DNA of 64,000 nucleotides from Ferruginibacter sp. (GCA_025352625.1 JANXSR010000134.1:4754-68753); one strand, 5' to 3'. Positions 38,471 through 48,514 are shown, counted from the stretch's first letter. Numbers and translations are program-made. Notes: generated from the sequence alone by a model not told the origin.

Positions 38471-40390
38471 TTAATAATGCCATCTTACAAATGCTTCTAC
38501 GGCGGCATATTGTGTAAGCCCTAGTTGTGCATATAGCTTTGCTGTATTGGAATTACGCTCTTCTGCACGTTGCCAGAATTCCCTGTCATCCGTTCCCTGA
38601 AATGGAATACTGTCTTTTTGAGATTGGTGAATAAAAATGCCATTTCGTTTTTTTACAACCTGGTCAGGACTTAATGGTATGGCCATTTCAATTTCAGTAA
38701 TATCCCATTCCTGCCAGGCTCCTTTGTATAACCATAACCAGCATTCATTTATCCAGGGTGCATTAGTAGCTCTTATTCTTTTTAATGCCTCAATTACCAC
38801 ATCAAAACAAACTTTATGTGTGCCATGTGGGTCAGCAAAATCTCCTGCACAATATATTTGTTGCGGTTGTATCTCATTTAACAGATCCATGGTAATCTTA
38901 ACATCTTCTTCGCCCATTGGTTTTTTATCAATAGTACCTGTTTCGTAAAAAGGCAGGTTTTGAAAATGTATCTGGCTATCTGTAAGGCCAACATATTTAC
39001 AAGTGGCCTTTGCTTCGCATCTTCTTATTAAACCTTTGATAGCTCTAATTTCATCTGTATCCCTTTCGGTTGATTTTTTTGTTTTCAAAAAATCAATTGC
39101 ATTGTCGAGGATAGTTTTACTTTTTGTTTCATCAATATCAAACATATTTTCAAAACCAACAGCAAAATCAATAAACCTGGTTACAAATTCATCTGTTACT
39201 GCAATGTTGCCACTGGTTTGGTATGCAAGGTGTATTTCATGCCCCTGGTCGTGCAGGCGAATAAAAGTACCGCCCATACTAATGATGTCGTCATCAGGAT
39301 GTGGAGAAAACAACACCACTTTTTTTGGAAAAGGTTCGCTTCTTTCAGGATGATGTAATCTTTGTTCAGTAGGTTTGCCTCCAGGCCAGCCTGTTATGCT
39401 ATCTCTTAATAAATAAAACACCTGTAAATTTATTTCATAAGCATCGCCCTTTTCTACCAGTAAATCACTTAACCCGTTATCATTATAATCAATATTGGTT
39501 AAACTTAATACCGGTTTATTTAATTGCAGCGAAAGGTTAACAACTGCACGCTTTATCATTTTGTCTGTCCATAAACATTCACCTGTTAGCCATGGTTTTT
39601 TAAATCTTGCCAGTTCGCTGGCACAGCCTTCATCAATTACAAAAGTACAATCATCATGATTCTGTAGCAAAGAGGCGGGTATTTCTTCTGTATCATCTTC
39701 CTCTACCGCTTTTTGTATTACCGGTGCTTTTGATTCCCCCCAAGCCATCAGTATTATTTTTTTTGATTTTAAAATAGTACTGATACCCATTGTTATTGCC
39801 ATACGTGGCACCTGGCTCATGTTTCCAAATTCGTAAGCATTGGCAATACGGGTACTGTTATCTAAAGTAATTAGTCTTGTTTTAGTATAGATACCACTTC
39901 CCGGTTCATTAAAACCAATATGACCGTTGGTGCCGATACCTAATATTTGAAGGTCAAGACCACCGGCATCGGCTATCTTTTTTTCGTAGGCCATACAGTG
40001 CTCTTTCACTTTATCTTTTGGTATCATCCCATCCGGTAAAAAATAATTGTTTGGGTCAATATCTGTTTGTTCAAACAAATTCTTACGCATAAAATAATGA
40101 TAACTTTGCAGTGCATCTGCTTCCATCGGGTAATATTGGTCAAGGTTAAACGTGATCACATTTTTAAAACTAAGCCCTTCATTTTTATGCATTCTTACCA
40201 ACTCGGCATATAAAGATTTGGGAGAGGAACCGGTTGCAAGACCAATGATACATTTTTGCCCTGTGGCTTCTTTTTCCCTGATTAAATCAGCAATTACCTG
40301 TGCAACATAAGTAGACCCCTCAGTAGAGGAGGGAAATATTTTTACTGCAATTTTTTCAAGCGAATCTGTAAAGTCAATTTTATGCTTCAT
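38471..40390 (-). CDS. nagB: Long-form glucosamine-6-phosphate deaminase fused to an LmbE/PIG-L-like deacetylase-fold domain
   Basis: 639 aa. N-terminal NagB domain (GLATGSSP, GIGTNGHIGFNEPGS) and a C-terminal half with PIG-L motifs (SPHPDDDIISMGG, DPHGTH). Confidence 0.9.
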   Translation of the reverse strand: MKHKIDFTDSLEKIAVKIFPSSTEGSTYVAQVIADLIREKEATGQKCIIGLATGSSPKSLYAELVRMHKNEGLSFKNVITFNLDQYYPMEADALQSYHYFMRKNLFEQTDIDPNNYFLPDGMIPKDKVKEHCMAYEKKIADAGGLDLQILGIGTNGHIGFNEPGSGIYTKTRLITLDNSTRIANAYEFGNMSQVPRMAITMGISTILKSKKIILMAWGESKAPVIQKAVEEDDTEEIPASLLQNHDDCTFVIDEGCASELARFKKPWLTGECLWTDKMIKRAVVNLSLQLNKPVLSLTNIDYNDNGLSDLLVEKGDAYEINLQVFYLLRDSITGWPGGKPTEQRLHHPERSEPFPKKVVLFSPHPDDDIISMGGTFIRLHDQGHEIHLAYQTSGNIAVTDEFVTRFIDFAVGFENMFDIDETKSKTILDNAIDFLKTKKSTERDTDEIRAIKGLIRRCEAKATCKYVGLTDSQIHFQNLPFYETGTIDKKPMGEEDVKITMDLLNEIQPQQIYCAGDFADPHGTHKVCFDVVIEALKRIRATNAPWINECWLWLYKGAWQEWDITEIEMAIPLSPDQVVKKRNGIFIHQSQKDSIPFQGTDDREFWQRAEERNSNTAKLYAQLGLTQYAAVEAFVRWHY

Positions 40391-40923
40391 ATGTATTTTT
40401 TGTTAAACTAATTTTTGGTAAAATGATCGTGCATTTTGTCAATCTTCTTTAAAAGAAAAATAAACAGGCCTTCAATTTACTTCTACCTATTAGTGAGAAA
40501 GGAAATATTGGGGAAGTTTGTTATCTCTAAAAAATTTGTTTCTGCAAAACAATTGTAAAAGACTGGTATAAAGCTTATAATTATTTATTGCACTGAAATA
40601 TTTGATAAAGTAAAGTAATTTTTTTGATGAAAAAAAGACAAGGATATTATTAAACAATAAATACTGCCCGCACAAACGATTGCACGGGAATTTTATTTAC
40701 AAATGGCAAAAGTTTACAACATAAATAATTACAAAGTGCAATTATTCCTCAGCACTCCAAAAAGAAATTTATTTAAACCATTTTTATAAAAAAATATTTA
40801 AATACAAACTAAAGCATACAATAACTTTTTAATACTATCCAATTTCTTATTTTATATTTCACTAAAAAAAATATCGATTTATCATGGAGGATAGGATGAT
40901 AAAAAAGTGTTAGAAAAATCACG

Positions 40924-40933
40924 CAAACGTTTG
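40924..40933. promoter_or_regulatory. CAAACGTTTG palindrome (LacI/GalR-type operator-like core) upstream of the sugar MFS gene
   Basis: Perfect 10-bp palindrome with the central CG typical of LacI-family operators, 63 nt upstream of the ATG at 40996. No LacI-family gene is in the window. Confidence 0.3.
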
Positions 40934-40995
40934 AACATCATAAAGCCCTTTTATTGCAATTACAAATAGTATATTGAACCCTGAAACAAAAAATT

Positions 40996-42273
40996 ATGCA
41001 AACAACTGCCCAATCAACTAACAGGTATGCTATTACCATTATCGGAATATTGTTTTTTATTTTTGGGTTTGTTACCTGGCTCAATGGGTCACTTATTCAA
41101 TTTTTGAAACTGGTTTGTGAATTAGCAAGTGATACACAGGCTTTTTTTGTGACTTCTGCATTTTACATGGCTTATTTTTTCCTTGCTATTCCTTCTTCTT
41201 TTATTCTAAAAAAAACAGGGTTTAAAAATGGTATGGCACTGGGCTTATTGATTATAGCCGCAGGTTGCCTGGTTTTTATACCGGCAGCCAATAGCAGGAG
41301 TTTTGGATTATTTTTAACCGGTTTATTTGTGCAAGGTATGGGGCTAACTATTTTGCAGACTGCCTCCAATCCTTACATCAGTATAATTGGTCCTATTGAA
41401 AGTGCTGCTACAAGAATCAGCATTCTGGGTATTTGTAATAAAGCAGCTGGCATTCTTAGTCCTTTAATTATTGGCGCACTGGTATTAAAAAATGCCACCA
41501 ATATTGAGGAGCAGGTAAAACTAACAACAGATATTGCCACCAAAGAAAATTTACTAAACGAACTGGCAGGCAGGGTAATAACACCCTATATTATTATGGC
41601 GGTAATATTGGTTTTACTCGCCATTTTGTTAAGCTTATCCAAATTGCCTGAAATAAAAGAAACAGCAGAAACCGATGCGGCCAATAATTTAATCACTGGT
41701 AATAAAACAAGCGTCTTTCAGTTTCCGCATTTACTGCTGGGTGTGCTTTGTTTATTTTTATATGTTGGTGTTGAGGTGATGGCTGGCGATGCAATTGGCA
41801 CTTACGGTAAATCAATGGGTATGCCGCTTGACGAAACAAAATACTTTACCACTTTTACCCTGGTGGCAATGTTAACCGGTTATGTGGTTGGTATTTTTAC
41901 AATACCAAAATATATTTCTCAACAAAAAGCTTTGCTGATATCTGCTATCACCGGTGTAGTATTTACCATAATGGTTTTTCTAACCTCAGGTTATATCTCC
42001 ATAGGATTTATTGCATTACTTGGTTTGTCAAATGCTTTAATGTGGCCTGCTATTTTTCCTTTGGCGATTGCAGGTTTGGGGAAATTTACAAAAATTGGTG
42101 CCGCCTTTTTGATAATGGGTATTGCTGGTGGTGCACTATTGCCCTTGCTGTATGCTACACTAAAAGATTCAAACGGCACTTTTCAATTATCAAACAAATT
42201 GTCTTTTTTAATTTGTATGCTACCTTGCTATTTGTACATTATTTATTATTCAGCAAAGGGATATAAAAGGTAA
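40996..42273 (+). CDS. Sugar MFS transporter of the FucP / glucose-galactose (NagP-like) family
   Basis: 425 aa, 12 TM. The N-terminus (ITIIGILFFIFGFVTWLNGSLI) is typical of FucP/GluP-type permeases. It is divergent from nagB, so a GlcNAc/GlcN substrate is plausible. Confidence 0.8.
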   Translation: MQTTAQSTNRYAITIIGILFFIFGFVTWLNGSLIQFLKLVCELASDTQAFFVTSAFYMAYFFLAIPSSFILKKTGFKNGMALGLLIIAAGCLVFIPAANSRSFGLFLTGLFVQGMGLTILQTASNPYISIIGPIESAATRISILGICNKAAGILSPLIIGALVLKNATNIEEQVKLTTDIATKENLLNELAGRVITPYIIMAVILVLLAILLSLSKLPEIKETAETDAANNLITGNKTSVFQFPHLLLGVLCLFLYVGVEVMAGDAIGTYGKSMGMPLDETKYFTTFTLVAMLTGYVVGIFTIPKYISQQKALLISAITGVVFTIMVFLTSGYISIGFIALLGLSNALMWPAIFPLAIAGLGKFTKIGAAFLIMGIAGGALLPLLYATLKDSNGTFQLSNKLSFLICMLPCYLYIIYYSAKGYKR

Positions 42274-42293
42274 AGCCCTGTTTAATAATTTAT

Positions 42294-43553
42294 TTATAAT
42301 TTTTCCGGAGGTATGGCAAGTGTAACTACTTTTTGGTAAGTTGCTTCGTCAATTGCATTTTCACTTTTGGCAACCACCACTGTAGCAACAGTATTGCCAA
42401 TAAAATTAATTAGGGCCCTGCCCTCGCTCATAAACCTGTCTACACCAATCAATAACGCTAATCCTTCCAGTGGAATTACTTTTACGGCTGTTAGAGTTGA
42501 AGCCAATACAATAAAGCCACTGCCAGTAACGCCAGCAGCCCCTTTGCTCGTTAACAACAAAATGCCAATAATGCTCAATTGCTGGCCCAAAGAAAGATCG
42601 ACTTTAAAAACCTGCGCCAAAAATATAATGCTCATGCTTAAATAAATAGTAGTTCCATCCAGGTTAAAACTATAACCAGTTGGAATGATTAAGCCAACAA
42701 CTTCTTTATCAACACCGGCATCTTCCAATTTCTTAATTACAGAAGGTAAGGCAACTTCGCTGCTGCTGCTACCAAGCACAATTAAAATTTCTTCTTTTAT
42801 ATATACCAGTAATTTCCATAAACTAAACTTGTAATAACGGGCAATCAGGTTAAGTACAACAAAAATAAAAAGCAGGCCTGTTGCATAAAAAGTAAGCAGT
42901 AGTTTGCCAAGCATGGCAAGACTTGCAAATCCAAATTTCCCTATCGTAAATGCCATGCCCCCAAAAGCCCCAATGGGACTAAGCCGCATAACTATCTTTA
43001 AAATATTAAACAACACTTTATTGATCATTTCAAAATTGCGTAGTAAAGGAGTTCCGGTTTTTCCCATCCATTTTAAACCAACAGCAAATAAGATACTAAA
43101 GAAAAGTACTTGTAAAATATCTCCCTTAGCAAATGAGTCCACAATGTTGGAAGGGACAATATGTGAAAAAAATTCTCCCCATTTAAGATCCTTAGCCTGC
43201 GAAGTGTATTGCGCAACTTTATCCGCTTGTGTATTGCTGTAATTAACACCCACACCCGGTTTTACAAGGTTACCCACTATTAATCCAATTACGAGTGCTG
43301 CGGTAGTCACTATTTCAAAATAAAGAATGGCTTTACCGCCAATCCTTCCTGCTTTCTTTAATTCGCCTGCTCCTGCAATACCCGCTACAATGGTGAAAAA
43401 GATAACCGGTGCAATCACCATCCGGATCATATTGATAAATGTTTCGCTGATGAGTTGGGCGGTAGAAGCAAATTCTGGAAAAAGATAACCCACAACAACG
43501 CCTGCTGCAATACCAATGAGCACCTGCACGTACAAAACTTTTAAATACTTCAC
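42294..43553 (-). CDS. dctA: Dicarboxylate/amino acid:cation symporter (DctA-like)
   Basis: 419 aa. The N-terminus LYVQVLIGIAAGVVVGYLFPE and the DAACS-family motifs (SSSEVALP, DRFMSEGRAL) match DctA/GltP. Confidence 0.8.
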   Translation of the reverse strand: MKYLKVLYVQVLIGIAAGVVVGYLFPEFASTAQLISETFINMIRMVIAPVIFFTIVAGIAGAGELKKAGRIGGKAILYFEIVTTAALVIGLIVGNLVKPGVGVNYSNTQADKVAQYTSQAKDLKWGEFFSHIVPSNIVDSFAKGDILQVLFFSILFAVGLKWMGKTGTPLLRNFEMINKVLFNILKIVMRLSPIGAFGGMAFTIGKFGFASLAMLGKLLLTFYATGLLFIFVVLNLIARYYKFSLWKLLVYIKEEILIVLGSSSSEVALPSVIKKLEDAGVDKEVVGLIIPTGYSFNLDGTTIYLSMSIIFLAQVFKVDLSLGQQLSIIGILLLTSKGAAGVTGSGFIVLASTLTAVKVIPLEGLALLIGVDRFMSEGRALINFIGNTVATVVVAKSENAIDEATYQKVVTLAIPPEKL

Positions 43554-43891
43554 TACTGTTTTTTAAGATGTTTAAATTATAACTTTTTTATTGATTAAAA
43601 GCCTTCTAATAAGTTTTAGCATTTTTTTGATCGTTCTATTTTTGTTAAAAGAAGAGGGTCGCATCATCTTTGTTTTAACTAAAACCAATACTTACACCCA
43701 TAGAAAAGGCAATTAAACATTTGTGCGAAAGTAAGGCTATATATGCAGGTTATCCGATTGGTTAAATGCCCATCATTTTATACTTATCCATTTAGTAAAC
43801 ACACTAATTTCAGTACTATTTTCCTTATACAAATTTTAGTAGCTTGTTTAGGAAATATTAAAAATATTCGACTTCTTTTGTACATTTAACG

Positions 43892-44953
43892 ATGCAACCA
43901 AACACATTTCTTTTATATGGAGCCAATGGTTATACAGGAGAATTAATTGCCCGCCTTGCCAGCAAATATAATTTGCAACCCATACTTGCAGGAAGAAGAA
44001 AAGAAGTAATTGAACCATTGGCTACTAAACTGCAACTACCTTACAGAATTTTTGAAATGAATGACAGTGCTGCATTGGTGGCCGTATTAAGAGAAGTTAA
44101 AGTTGTGCTACATGCAGCTGGTCCTTTTAACCATACGGCCAAACAAATGATATTTGCCTGTTTACTTACAGGCACTCATTATGTAGATATTAATGGTGAC
44201 ATCAGCGTATTTGAAATGATAAAGCTATATCATGAAGCAGCAAAAAAAGCAGGCATCATGTTATTGCCAGGCGCAGGATTTGATGTGGTACCAACCGATT
44301 GCGTTGCCTTACAATTAAAAAACAAGTTGCCGGATGCTGTTGCGCTGCAATTGGCTTTTGCCACGTTGGGTGGAAGCATTTCTCATGGTACTGCAACTAC
44401 TGTAGCTGATAAAATTGGAGAAGGTGGTTCAGTAAGAAAAGCAGGGAAAATAATTGCTGCACGGTTGGGACAAAAAGGAATGTGGGTTGACTTTGGAATT
44501 AAAAAATTATTCGTAATGAGCATCCCTTGGGGAGATATTTCTACTGCTTATTTTACTACCGGCATACCAAATATAGAAACCTACACCGGCGTCTCACCTA
44601 AAGTATATAACCTCTTAAAACTTCAATTATTGTTTAACTGGCTGCTCCGTACCAACCTGGTACGTAATTATATAAAAAAGAAAATTAATCAGCGGCCTGC
44701 AGGCCCTGATGAAGAACAGCGAAGGAATGCCACCAGCCTGGTTTGGGGACAGGCAACCAATACTAAAGGTAAAAAAATTACTGTGCGGCTTAGTGCTCCA
44801 GAAGGATATACGTTAACTGCACACAGCTCCTTAATTATTGTACAAAAAATATTGAATGGTAATTTTATACCCGGCTATCAAACACCAGCCAATGCTTATG
44901 GAGAAAACCTGGTGATGGATATACCCGGAGTGAAGAGAGAAGTGGTGAGTTGA
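43892..44953 (+). CDS. Saccharopine-dehydrogenase-family NAD(P)-binding protein
   Basis: 353 aa. Rossmann start LLYGANGYTGELIA and the overall family look. Confidence 0.75.
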   Translation: MQPNTFLLYGANGYTGELIARLASKYNLQPILAGRRKEVIEPLATKLQLPYRIFEMNDSAALVAVLREVKVVLHAAGPFNHTAKQMIFACLLTGTHYVDINGDISVFEMIKLYHEAAKKAGIMLLPGAGFDVVPTDCVALQLKNKLPDAVALQLAFATLGGSISHGTATTVADKIGEGGSVRKAGKIIAARLGQKGMWVDFGIKKLFVMSIPWGDISTAYFTTGIPNIETYTGVSPKVYNLLKLQLLFNWLLRTNLVRNYIKKKINQRPAGPDEEQRRNATSLVWGQATNTKGKKITVRLSAPEGYTLTAHSSLIIVQKILNGNFIPGYQTPANAYGENLVMDIPGVKREVVS

Positions 44954-45173
44954 ATAGTTGCTTTTATTATACAGGGCTTTATCCTGTTGGGATATTTTCT
45001 TCCGTCCCGGAACTGAAGCTAAATTTATAATTAAATATTCATTGATTGTACTAAAGTTCAAAGATGCTGCTCAAGCCGAAACTGAAGACAGGCTTTGCTT
45101 TTATCTGAAGTTTGTCGGGTCTAGCCCTAATAATATAAAAGTCAATGTTGCCTGCTGGCTCTCTACTTCGTAA

Positions 45174-46007
45174 TTAAGTGTCTGTTGTTATATTGTCCCA
45201 TTCCTGATTCATATAATTTGTCAACCAATTTAATGTCCAATGTCTTACATAAATTATACTTGGATTAAGGTCGCCTGGAGGTGACTCATTTTTAATTCTT
45301 CCATTTACACAAGCCCAATGAAGTCTAAGTATTAAGTCTGCTTCGTCAAGTATCTCTGATTTAGTTCTCAATATTGTATTATCTCTAAATTCTTGCTCGG
45401 TGAATGAATATATTCTATGAATATTTATTTCTGCTGAACCTGATTCATCACAAGTCTTATTTGGATATGTCAAAAAATTATTAATTCCTAATGCCCATAG
45501 CAAAACATTGATACTTTCAGTTCTCCAATACGCATTACTTCTTTGTTGTTGAGTAGGATTTTCAGAATTAATAAACTCGATTTCAGACGGAGTAAGTTTA
45601 GAAAAAGTATTATACTTTGACTGAAAATCTTCAAAAGTTGGGTCGTCATTATATAAATACCGTCCTTCCTCAGAAATGAATTTTGAGATAAGCGTAAATT
45701 TATTATCTTTTTCTGGTAGTGATTCTTGATGTAATTTTTCAGCTTTTAAAAAAAACGAAGATAATCCTAACGTTCGGTCAATAATTTCATTTTTTGTCCT
45801 AATTGTGATTTTACTTTCAGGCTCAAAATACATAGCGTAAGGGTTATTGTATATTGGAATATTTTTCGATTTACAAAATTCTTCTGATTTCGCTCTTCTT
45901 TCTTTTTGGTCTTTTGAAAAAGTTAAGTTTTCAACTGGGTTAGCGTTTTCTTTGTTACTGGAATCTGAATTTTCTTTAGAACCAAAAAGTCTCGATAAGA
46001 ATCCCAT
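45174..46007 (-). CDS. Low-GC hypothetical protein, possibly DUF4272 family
   Basis: 277 aa uninterrupted ORF. The disordered N-terminus and the motif WRTESINVLLWALG...CD resemble what I recall of DUF4272. GC content is much lower than in the neighbours. Confidence 0.55.
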   Translation of the reverse strand: MGFLSRLFGSKENSDSSNKENANPVENLTFSKDQKERRAKSEEFCKSKNIPIYNNPYAMYFEPESKITIRTKNEIIDRTLGLSSFFLKAEKLHQESLPEKDNKFTLISKFISEEGRYLYNDDPTFEDFQSKYNTFSKLTPSEIEFINSENPTQQQRSNAYWRTESINVLLWALGINNFLTYPNKTCDESGSAEINIHRIYSFTEQEFRDNTILRTKSEILDEADLILRLHWACVNGRIKNESPPGDLNPSIIYVRHWTLNWLTNYMNQEWDNITTDT

Positions 46008-46156
46008 AATTTATATACTTAGTTTTTATTTTAATGATTTTGTGGTGTCCACTAAGCTTGCAGGCATCATTATGCTATTACATCAGCATAAATCATTCTG
46101 AAAAGTAACAGTTTTATAGTTTCACTTAGAATATTGCATTGAATAATGTGGTTCAA

Positions 46157-46191
46157 TAAAAAACCTCAGCCCAAATTTGCTGAGGTTTTTT
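46157..46191 (-). terminator. Strong bidirectional Rho-independent terminator after the deoxyhypusine-synthase-like gene
   Basis: aaaaaacctcagc / gctgaggtttttt. A perfect 7-bp GC-containing stem (cctcagc/gctgagg) is extended by A/T pairs, with an 8-nt loop and U-runs on both strands. Confidence 0.8.
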
Positions 46192-46212
46192 ATTAAACTA
46201 TAAATATTTTTT

Positions 46213-47193
46213 TTACCAACCTAATATCCACGCAAATATCAACGGGCATACAATTGTAGCATCACTTTCTACAATAAATTTAGGGGTAGTTATATCCAGT
46301 TTGCCCCAGGTAATTTTTTCATTGGGAACCGCACCGGAGTAAGATCCGTAAGAAGTTGTAGAATCACTCACCTGGCAAAAATAGCTCCAGAAAGGAACAT
46401 CGTGCCACTCCAGGTCCTGGTACATCATCGGCACAACACAGATAGGAAAATCGCCGGCAATGCCCCCACCGATCTGGAAAAATCCAACTCCTTTCCCCGA
46501 AGAATTATTTCTGTACCAATCTGCCAGCCACACCATATATTCAATACCGCTCTTCACCGTAGTGGCTTTCAATTGATTTTTGATAATGTAACTGGCAAAA
46601 ATATTTCCCATCGTACTATCTTCCCATCCCGGCACTACAATCGGAATATTTTTTTGCGCTGCTGCCAGCATCCAGCTATTTTTAGGATCAATTTCATAAT
46701 ACTGCTCCAGCACGCCGCTCAGCAACATTTTGTACATATACTCATGTGGAAAATAACGTTCACCCTTATCATCTGCATCTTTCCAAATTTTATGAATGTG
46801 CTGTTGCAATCTTCTAAATGCTTCTTCTTCAGGTATGCAGGTATCCGTTACACGGTTGTAATGGTTTTCCAGTAAATCCCATTCTTCCTGCGGGCTCAAA
46901 TCACGATAGTTAGGCACTCTTTTATAATGGCTGTGCGCTACAAGGTTCATGATATCTTCTTCCAGGTTAGCACCTGTGCAACTTATGATGCTCACTTTAT
47001 CCTGTCGTATCATCTCGGCCAAACTCAATCCCAACTCTGCTGTACTCATTGCCCCGGCAAGCGTTACCATCATTTTACCGCCGGCTTCCAGGTGCGTTAC
47101 ATAACCTTTAGCTGCATCCATTAAGGCGGCGGCATTAAAGTGGCGGTAGTGGTGTTCTATAAAAGTTGAAACGGGTCCTTTGTTCATAATCAA
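46213..47193 (-). CDS. Deoxyhypusine synthase-like protein (bacterial DHS/homospermidine-synthase-like family)
   Basis: 326 aa. Family-typical segments (TLAGAMSTAELG, SCTGANLEEDI, GGGIAGDFPICVVP). Confidence 0.8.
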   Translation of the reverse strand: MIMNKGPVSTFIEHHYRHFNAAALMDAAKGYVTHLEAGGKMMVTLAGAMSTAELGLSLAEMIRQDKVSIISCTGANLEEDIMNLVAHSHYKRVPNYRDLSPQEEWDLLENHYNRVTDTCIPEEEAFRRLQQHIHKIWKDADDKGERYFPHEYMYKMLLSGVLEQYYEIDPKNSWMLAAAQKNIPIVVPGWEDSTMGNIFASYIIKNQLKATTVKSGIEYMVWLADWYRNNSSGKGVGFFQIGGGIAGDFPICVVPMMYQDLEWHDVPFWSYFCQVSDSTTSYGSYSGAVPNEKITWGKLDITTPKFIVESDATIVCPLIFAWILGW

Positions 47194-47350
47194 TTATTTT
47201 AATACTGGTAATTGTATAGGTTATTTTATTCTGCCAATAAAGAAGAATGGGGAGCAAAAATAGTTTTTTTTATTATCCAAATTATGGTATTTCTATTAAG
47301 CAGTAGCCGCCTGTTTACGGTTTCTTTTAAATAGGCAAATGTCTCTTTCT

Positions 47351-47358
47351 TAACTTTG
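47351..47358 (+). promoter_or_regulatory. Bacteroidota -7 promoter box TAnnTTTG
   Basis: Exact TAACTTTG, 65 nt upstream of the ATG at 47424. Confidence 0.3.
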
Positions 47359-47423
47359 TATAAATTTTCCCAAAATACTATTCATTGTAAATGTTGCCAT
47401 CCGGCCATTATTAAAAAATCATT

Positions 47424-48365
47424 ATGAAAATAATTTTTTGCTTTTTGTTGTTATTCTTACAAGTTTACTCATTTGCCCAACCGAAGGAAGACAGTATTTC
47501 CTTAAATACTGCCACAGGCATTATTCAAGGATCGTTATTTACTCCTGCCGGAAAAAGCAGTTATCCGGTTTTGTTGGTAATAGCAGGCTCGGGCCCTACT
47601 GACCGCTATGGTAATAACCCCATGGGAGTAGCAGCCAATAGTTATAAAATGATTGCCGAAGCGCTTGCCATTGAAAATATTGGTGTGCTGCTGTATGATA
47701 AAAGAGGCATTGCAAAAAGTATGAAAGCCGGTAAAAATGAAGCTGATTTGCGATTTGATGATTATGTAAATGATGCAGTACAATGGGTTCAGCTATTAAA
47801 AACCAAGAAACAGGTAAAAGGAATTTTTATTGCCGGGCATAGCGAAGGGTCGCTAATAGGTATGCTGGTAGCACAAAAGGTAAAAGTGCAGGGTTATATT
47901 TCAATTGCAGGACCGGCAAGAGGTATTGCCGATATCATTACCGGACAATATGCACAGCAATTACCCAAAGCCGCCGCTGTGGTAGATAGTTTGTTTAAAA
48001 GGCTGCAAAACAATCAGCCGTTAGACACTGTGCCGCCCTACCTGGCAAGTCTTTTCAGGCCATCTGTGCAGCCATATATTAAATCATGGATGAAATATAT
48101 CCCTTGTGAAGAAATAAAAAAACTAGCTACTCCGGTATTGATTTTACAAGGTGGCACAGATATTCAGGTAGCCCCAAGCGAAGCTATGCTGCTAAAAAAA
48201 TGTAAAGAAAATGTCAGTCTTATTTTGCTGGATAGTATGAATCATATCTTAAAAACCGCACCTGCAGACAGAAGGAAAAATATAGCCACTTATAGCAACG
48301 AAACCCTCCCCTTGTACCCGGGTTTTGCTACAGCCATCGTTTGGTTTATACGAAAAAATGATTGA
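47424..48365 (+). CDS. Secreted alpha/beta hydrolase
   Basis: 313 aa. Signal peptide, nucleophile elbow GHSEG, and a C-terminal His context (DSMNHIL). Confidence 0.8.
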   Translation: MKIIFCFLLLFLQVYSFAQPKEDSISLNTATGIIQGSLFTPAGKSSYPVLLVIAGSGPTDRYGNNPMGVAANSYKMIAEALAIENIGVLLYDKRGIAKSMKAGKNEADLRFDDYVNDAVQWVQLLKTKKQVKGIFIAGHSEGSLIGMLVAQKVKVQGYISIAGPARGIADIITGQYAQQLPKAAAVVDSLFKRLQNNQPLDTVPPYLASLFRPSVQPYIKSWMKYIPCEEIKKLATPVLILQGGTDIQVAPSEAMLLKKCKENVSLILLDSMNHILKTAPADRRKNIATYSNETLPLYPGFATAIVWFIRKND

Positions 48366-48462
48366 CAAATTATTTATCGTAATGAGATTGTTTCGAAAAG
48401 AAATATAAAGCGGACAATGGAATTGCAGGGAATAATTATAAACCCGATTTGCAGGTATGAAA

Positions 48463-48491
48463 TAAAAAGCCCCTCAAAAAATTGAAGGGCT
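48463..48491 (-). terminator. Rho-independent terminator of the 148-aa secreted-protein gene
   Basis: agcccctcaa / ttgaagggct, 9 of 10 positions paired with a 4-nt loop. On the minus strand it is followed by TTTTTATTT. Confidence 0.7.
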
Positions 48492-48514
48492 AATTAAATA
48501 GAATCATAGTTTAC

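Noticed and set aside
45013-45110. Three CTGAAG hexamers within about 100 bp downstream of the saccharopine-DH-like gene
   Set aside because: The spacing is irregular (69 and 23 nt) and there is no surrounding conservation beyond one 12-nt near-repeat. This is probably chance or decayed sequence, and it is mentioned only as context for the low-GC islet.
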